This document shows, piece after piece, positions 57,052 to 64,000 of a stretch of DNA of 64,000 bases. The notes beneath the pieces are model-generated. The model searched no databases. It saw only the letters and a list, made by a program, of their open reading frames with translations, and had not been told where the DNA came from. How positions within the stretch are numbered: the stretch's first letter is position 1; each line of letters begins with the position of its first letter. The DNA comes from Octopus vulgaris (taxonomy: Eukaryota), in NCBI GenBank assembly GCA_951406725.2, contig OX597827.1, positions 83,824,001 through 83,888,000 on the forward strand. The letters are read 5' to 3'. The position numbers and the translations under genes were made by a program.

Positions 57052-57170
57052 TATAGTTTAGGACATTCAGTAAGTTGTCATAATAGTACTCGGAGTTTGA
57101 AATGCTCTTCGCTCCGGCATTTGAAACTCCGAGTTCTATTATGACAACTTAATAATTGTCCTAAACTGTA
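57052..57170. repeat. Imperfect fold-back hairpin (about 54-bp stem, 11-nt loop)
   Basis: tatagtttaggacattcagtaagttgtcataatagtactcggagtttgaaatgc pairs with gcatttgaaactccgagttctattatgacaacttaataattgtcctaaactgta. Confidence 0.9.
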
Positions 57171-57260
57171 TATATATGTGTGTGTGTGTGTGTACACACT
57201 TGTCTATGACTATATTTTATATATACATACTCCTCTTTCTGTCAGTCTGTCTGTCTCTCA

Positions 57261-57289
<29 letters not shown>

Positions 57290-57300
<11 letters not shown>

Positions 57301-57444
57301 TAACAAGCTTATTTCCCAACCACATGGTTCCGGGTTCAGTACCACTACCTGATACCTTGAGCAAGTGCCTTCTACTATAACCTCGGGGCAACCAAAGCCT
57401 TGTAAGTGGATTTGATAGACATAAACTGAAGGAAATCCGTCGTA
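57290..57444 (+). mobile_element. SINE family A head
   Basis: gtgtggtaacaagcttatttcccaaccacatggttccgggttcagtacc...accttgagcaagtgccttctactata. Confidence 0.82.
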
Positions 57445-57707
57445 TATATATACATACATACGCACACATAAATATATACACACCCACCCACCTGCCCACA
57501 CACATATTCTCAATTTATCATATAGCTGTGACGTCAGGCATGCACTTCTTCCATCACTGGTCAGTGCTGCACACCAAGGGAACGAGTCCAGCAATACCGG
57601 GGCAAAGGTCACATTCTGAACCACATTGATGATGTCATTACAATTACAGTACGATCACTAGAGTTCAATGGGTACAGCGTTCGATCTCAGTAGCATTCAT
57701 ACTCAGT

Positions 57708-57754
<47 letters not shown>

Positions 57755-57837
57755 ATAAAACGGTAAGATAACAAAAGAAAGAAAGAGACCTCAATATTAT
57801 GTAGATAGAGGAAATTTATCTATACAATAATATGTTA

Positions 57838-59698
<1,861 letters not shown>

Positions 59699-59725
59699 TT
59701 GTGTGTGTGTGTGTGTGTGTATATA

Positions 59726-59784
<59 letters not shown>

Positions 59785-59829
59785 ATATATATATATATCA
59801 TACGTATATTTGTTTCTCTTTTATTTTTT

Positions 59830-59970
59830 AATTCTTTTACTTACTTCAGACTGCGGCCATGCTGGAGCACCGCCTTTAGTCGAGCAAATCGACCCCAGGA
59901 CTTATTCTTTGTAAGCTTAATACTTATTCTATCAGTAACTTTTGCCGAATCGCTATGCTACGGGGACGTA
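59830..59970 (-). mobile_element. SINE family A 3' tail
   Basis: gactgcggccatgctggagcaccgcctttagtcgagcaaatcgaccccaggacttattctttgtaagc. Confidence 0.88.
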
Positions 59971-60059
59971 TGTGGGGGACACATATACATACATTTATAT
60001 ACACATACACACATACATGAATATATATGTTTGTGTATATGTATTTCCCCCCCCCCCTC

Positions 60060-60253
60060 CCCACCATCGCGTGACAACCGATGTTGGTGCGTTTACGTCC
60101 CCGAAATTATTGGTCTTCGTAACGTAGCGGTACAGCATAAAAGACCGATAGAATAAGTACTAGGCTTACAAAGAATAAGTCTTGGGGTCGATTTATTCGA
60201 CTAAAGGCGGTGCTCCAGCATGGCTGCAGTCAAATGACTCAAACGAATAAAAG
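60060..60253 (+). mobile_element. SINE family A 3' half
   Basis: gacaaccgatgttggtgcgtttacgtcccc...gtactaggcttacaaagaataagtcttggggtcgatttattcgactaaaggcggtgctccagcatgg. Confidence 0.88.
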
Positions 60254-60954
60254 AATATATGCATATATGTATTATATGCATGTGTGTGTATATAAATATC
60301 TACATGTATGTAAATGCGTATATGTATGTATACATATATGCGTGTGTGTGTACGAATGCATGCGTTTGAGCGGGTGTTTATGATTGTGAGGAAATATGGT
60401 TGCATGGAGAAAATGATTGTTGATGGGAATGCGATAATCCCGAATGCGATAATCCCGAATGCTGTTCGCCGAAGTGTCCTCTCCGCATCAATTGTGACCA
60501 TCGATGGACGATGCGAGAATCAATTGTTCCATTAGACGAGCGAGTCGCATGTGGAAGACATCCTCCGCCCATGCAGAGCATCGCACTTGTTTATCTCATC
60601 CCATCACTTATATACACTCACACACAAATAATATACGCATCTACACACACTGACTGATCCATAGAAATAACTACAATTCACACAAATTTTGATACACACA
60701 CACGTGTACAGACACATACACTGAAGTACACATGGACACACAGAACACCTGCACACACAGTCACACACTCAGACACTTTGACACAAATTCATATACGAGG
60801 AAGGGTATAACCGCTCCCCATCATAACCCCCACCCCCCAATGTCATACTGACAAACATACACATTAAGTTACTCTTACACACACGTACATACCTAAATAT
60901 GGTCACAAGTACATACCAATATATTTACTATACGAATAAATACACACACACACA

Positions 60955-61016
<62 letters not shown>

Positions 61017-61248
61017 GAGTTAGCTATCAATCAATCGATCTATTTATCTAACTGTCCAACTCTATTTATCAACATACATTAATTACACTATCAACCCACT
61101 TTCTAATATATACACCACACACACTCGCACACATATAGAAACACACATACACACCCATTCATTTACATACATGTATCTATTCAAACGCACACATAACTCT
61201 GTAGGTAACAATTGTACACATTCATTTGTACATGTACATTTACATATA

Positions 61249-61326
<78 letters not shown>

Positions 61327-61464
61327 GAATAGTCCATGTACACATATATATACATCCACGTGAATACTCTATACGATAATGCATAATGGATATAGTGTAC
61401 ATACGCATGTGGGTATATATATGTACGCATGTATACACATGCATATAGTATATAGTGTGAACGA

Positions 61465-61504
<40 letters not shown>

Positions 61505-61683
61505 TATATGTATAATCATGTGTGTGTGTATGTATATATATATATATATACACACACAAAAAAACAGTATGACTCAGAAATTTTTATCTAAACAGGAGAA
61601 CGTAAACAAAAGCCTAGTGACATTAATTTTAACTGAATAAGAAATTGTTTCCCAAAAGTCTATATTGTGCTGAAGGAGGGCAA

Positions 61684-61724
61684 CAACGGACATGTTTCAA
61701 TGCTATTAGCCCTCATCAACATAG
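61684..61724 (-). ncRNA. Degenerate minimal hammerhead-like motif
   Basis: Minus strand reads TTGATGA-GGGCT-aat-AGCATT-GAAAC-AT-GTC, with a palindromic ACATGT stem III and a GUC triplet. Confidence 0.45.
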
Positions 61725-61986
61725 CATCGTCTACTGAAGACTGCCTCATCAGTTTTTGCACTTTTTCATAATTATTATGTAGATAGTTATGAAGATATAT
61801 GTGTGAATGCATTAGATTTATACAGACATATCCTCATATATAAACCTAGACACATGAATGTATCTTGACATTGATAAATATGTTACAAATTCCAGTATCA
61901 ATGTATATTTCTATATTAATTACACACTCACGCACGCACACGCATTCACACACACAGACACACACACGCACGCACACACACACACA

Positions 61987-62034
<48 letters not shown>

Positions 62035-63101
62035 CACATACACACACACACACGTGCGTGCAAACGGATGAATATATGAGAGGCATGCATGCGTGTACGT
62101 AGGAATGTATAGAGATACACGTATAAAGTATACACACATTAACACACTCCTGCCTCTCCATATACGCCCCCCACCTAAACATAGAATCCGATATTCACCT
62201 GATTACAAGGTCCCGGGGGGAATATTTGGATGATCAGATGATCGATCCGAGTGGGGGTGGGGTGGGGATGCGTAGCAGATGTGTTGTGATTGTTTAATTC
62301 TAGGCCAGTCCTAGTTTATCATTCCAGTCACGACCATCACATCAGAACCCCACAGCATGATTTAATGATTTGGCTGTCGTTGCTAGCAGTTGTGGCGACC
62401 ATGTCGCGGTTCCAGTTGTAAAAGTTGCTCTTGGTTGTAGCCAGGGTGTACATTGCCATGCTGGAGCACCGAATGACGTCATCAAGAACCAACATCAGTC
62501 ACAACCACAACAGCATGTCCCCTGTGCTGTGTAAAGTCATGTGCTGCAGTGTTGTACATGAAGCAACCTTCACTATGAACAGAGATCGAACAAATTGATT
62601 GAAATCAAGCAATCAGCTCGTTTGATGATCGATAAATATATTTATCAAAACAAAAAACGAAAACGATTCATATTTGGAATTTAGGCCGGTAACTATGGCA
62701 ACAATAACAACAATAACAATAATAAAAAATACAGTAAGAAGAAGATGAAGAAGAAGAACAACAATGAATCTTCCGTCGGTGACGACGATGAGCTTCAGCT
62801 GTTGACTGAATTTCTACTGCTGAAATTTGTGCGCAAATGGTAGGCTATTATATACACACGTGTTTATACTGTTTATACATACATACATACATACATACAT
62901 ACACATCAATATCTATCTTTCTATCTACACACACACAACCGAGTGTCAAACTAATACACTTGCTTGTTGTTCATGCACCTGTCTTCGTCTTTTGTTTTTC
63001 TATAAATTTCACCTATATATACACACAGACACATACACATACATACATATACATACAGATGTACCATTCATACGTAAGCATACATACAAATAGACGTGCA
63101 T

Positions 63102-63135
<34 letters not shown>

Positions 63136-63327
63136 TTTGTTAAACGAGTGACTCCAACAAGATGTCTTTTTATATTCGTTGGTTTTAATAAACCATGTTG
63201 ACACTATTTAGACTTGAATGAGTTCTTCATTGGAAGAACGAATACCTCACTCAAGGATATATATATATATATATCTAGGTATATACGCACATACATACAT
63301 ACATACATACATATATGCATGTATGTA

Positions 63328-63382
<55 letters not shown>

Positions 63383-63403
63383 ATGTGTGTGCACACATTT
63401 ATG

Positions 63404-63437
<34 letters not shown>

Positions 63438-64000
63438 TGTATGTATGTATGTATGTATGTATGTATGTATGTATGTGTTATCTATATACATGTACATACA
63501 TGCATACATATACACACTTGTGTGTAAAAACGCCAATATAAGTGGCTGAGTGTCCCCAGATTCGACAATCTTTTACGTAATTCTCAGTTGTATAGGGTGA
63601 CGTTGATGTTTCCCAGTGAATTACTGGTAGTCGAGACAGAGAGGATAGTGGACCGCAGTATTTCACTGGTAATTTATTTATCGAATAGGGGGAGTGGCTA
63701 AGTTCACCTGGACAGGATTTGAACTTAAATGTGCACACTGTTGGAGCACATTACGATACGTATTGTACTGGATGCTCCACCGACTTTGCCACCTTGCTGA
63801 ATAACAACAACAACAATATTGACCAGCCATAAGGGATCACTCACACCTGCTGGAAATAGCAGCCAATATTTCCAGTATTAAAAAAATACAGTCCGTGAGG
63901 GATTGTAGTCCGATGGTCACAGCTAGAACGCCTTCGATAATAGGACTGCTGGATCAGACTTGACCTAGGGCCAAACAACAACAACAAACATAACAATATC

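Noticed and set aside
60420-60600. gaatgcgataatccc x2 plus a short open frame as a Mutator-like remnant
   Set aside because: No partner terminus or diagnostic transposase motif; cannot be supported.
63213-63255. Small hairpin GTTCTTC-attg-GAAGAAC-GAATAC with outer CTTGA/TCAAG pairing as a fourth hammerhead fold-back
   Set aside because: Too short, and both core boxes are imperfect; could be chance.

Overview
This is eukaryotic, repeat-saturated non-coding DNA. Its SINE types and extreme (TA)n/(CA)n/(TATC)n/(TACA)n microsatellite load suggest an octopus or other coleoid cephalopod genome (inferred from repeat content, not verified). I find no intact host protein-coding gene, tRNA/rRNA gene or CRISPR array. 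Almost all ORF-track entries are microsatellite translations, and the rest are retroelement or transposon relics. Recognisable content: three tRNA-derived SINE families; CR1-, RTE- and R4/Dong-clade LINE relics; Penelope-like (GIY-YIG) relics; Tc1 and mariner relics; a Helitron helicase relic; an intact non-autonomous Helitron nested in an R4 element; and several MITE/fold-back elements. The most interesting signal is a set of about ten minimal type I hammerhead-ribozyme-like motifs in Penelope-type terminal fragments. Three unrelated fold-back palindromes (28837-29128, 38373-38489, 57052-57170) have their symmetry axis at or next to such a motif, suggesting ribozyme-associated snap-back during retrotransposition. 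All motif calls were made by eye, and most boundaries are approximate.
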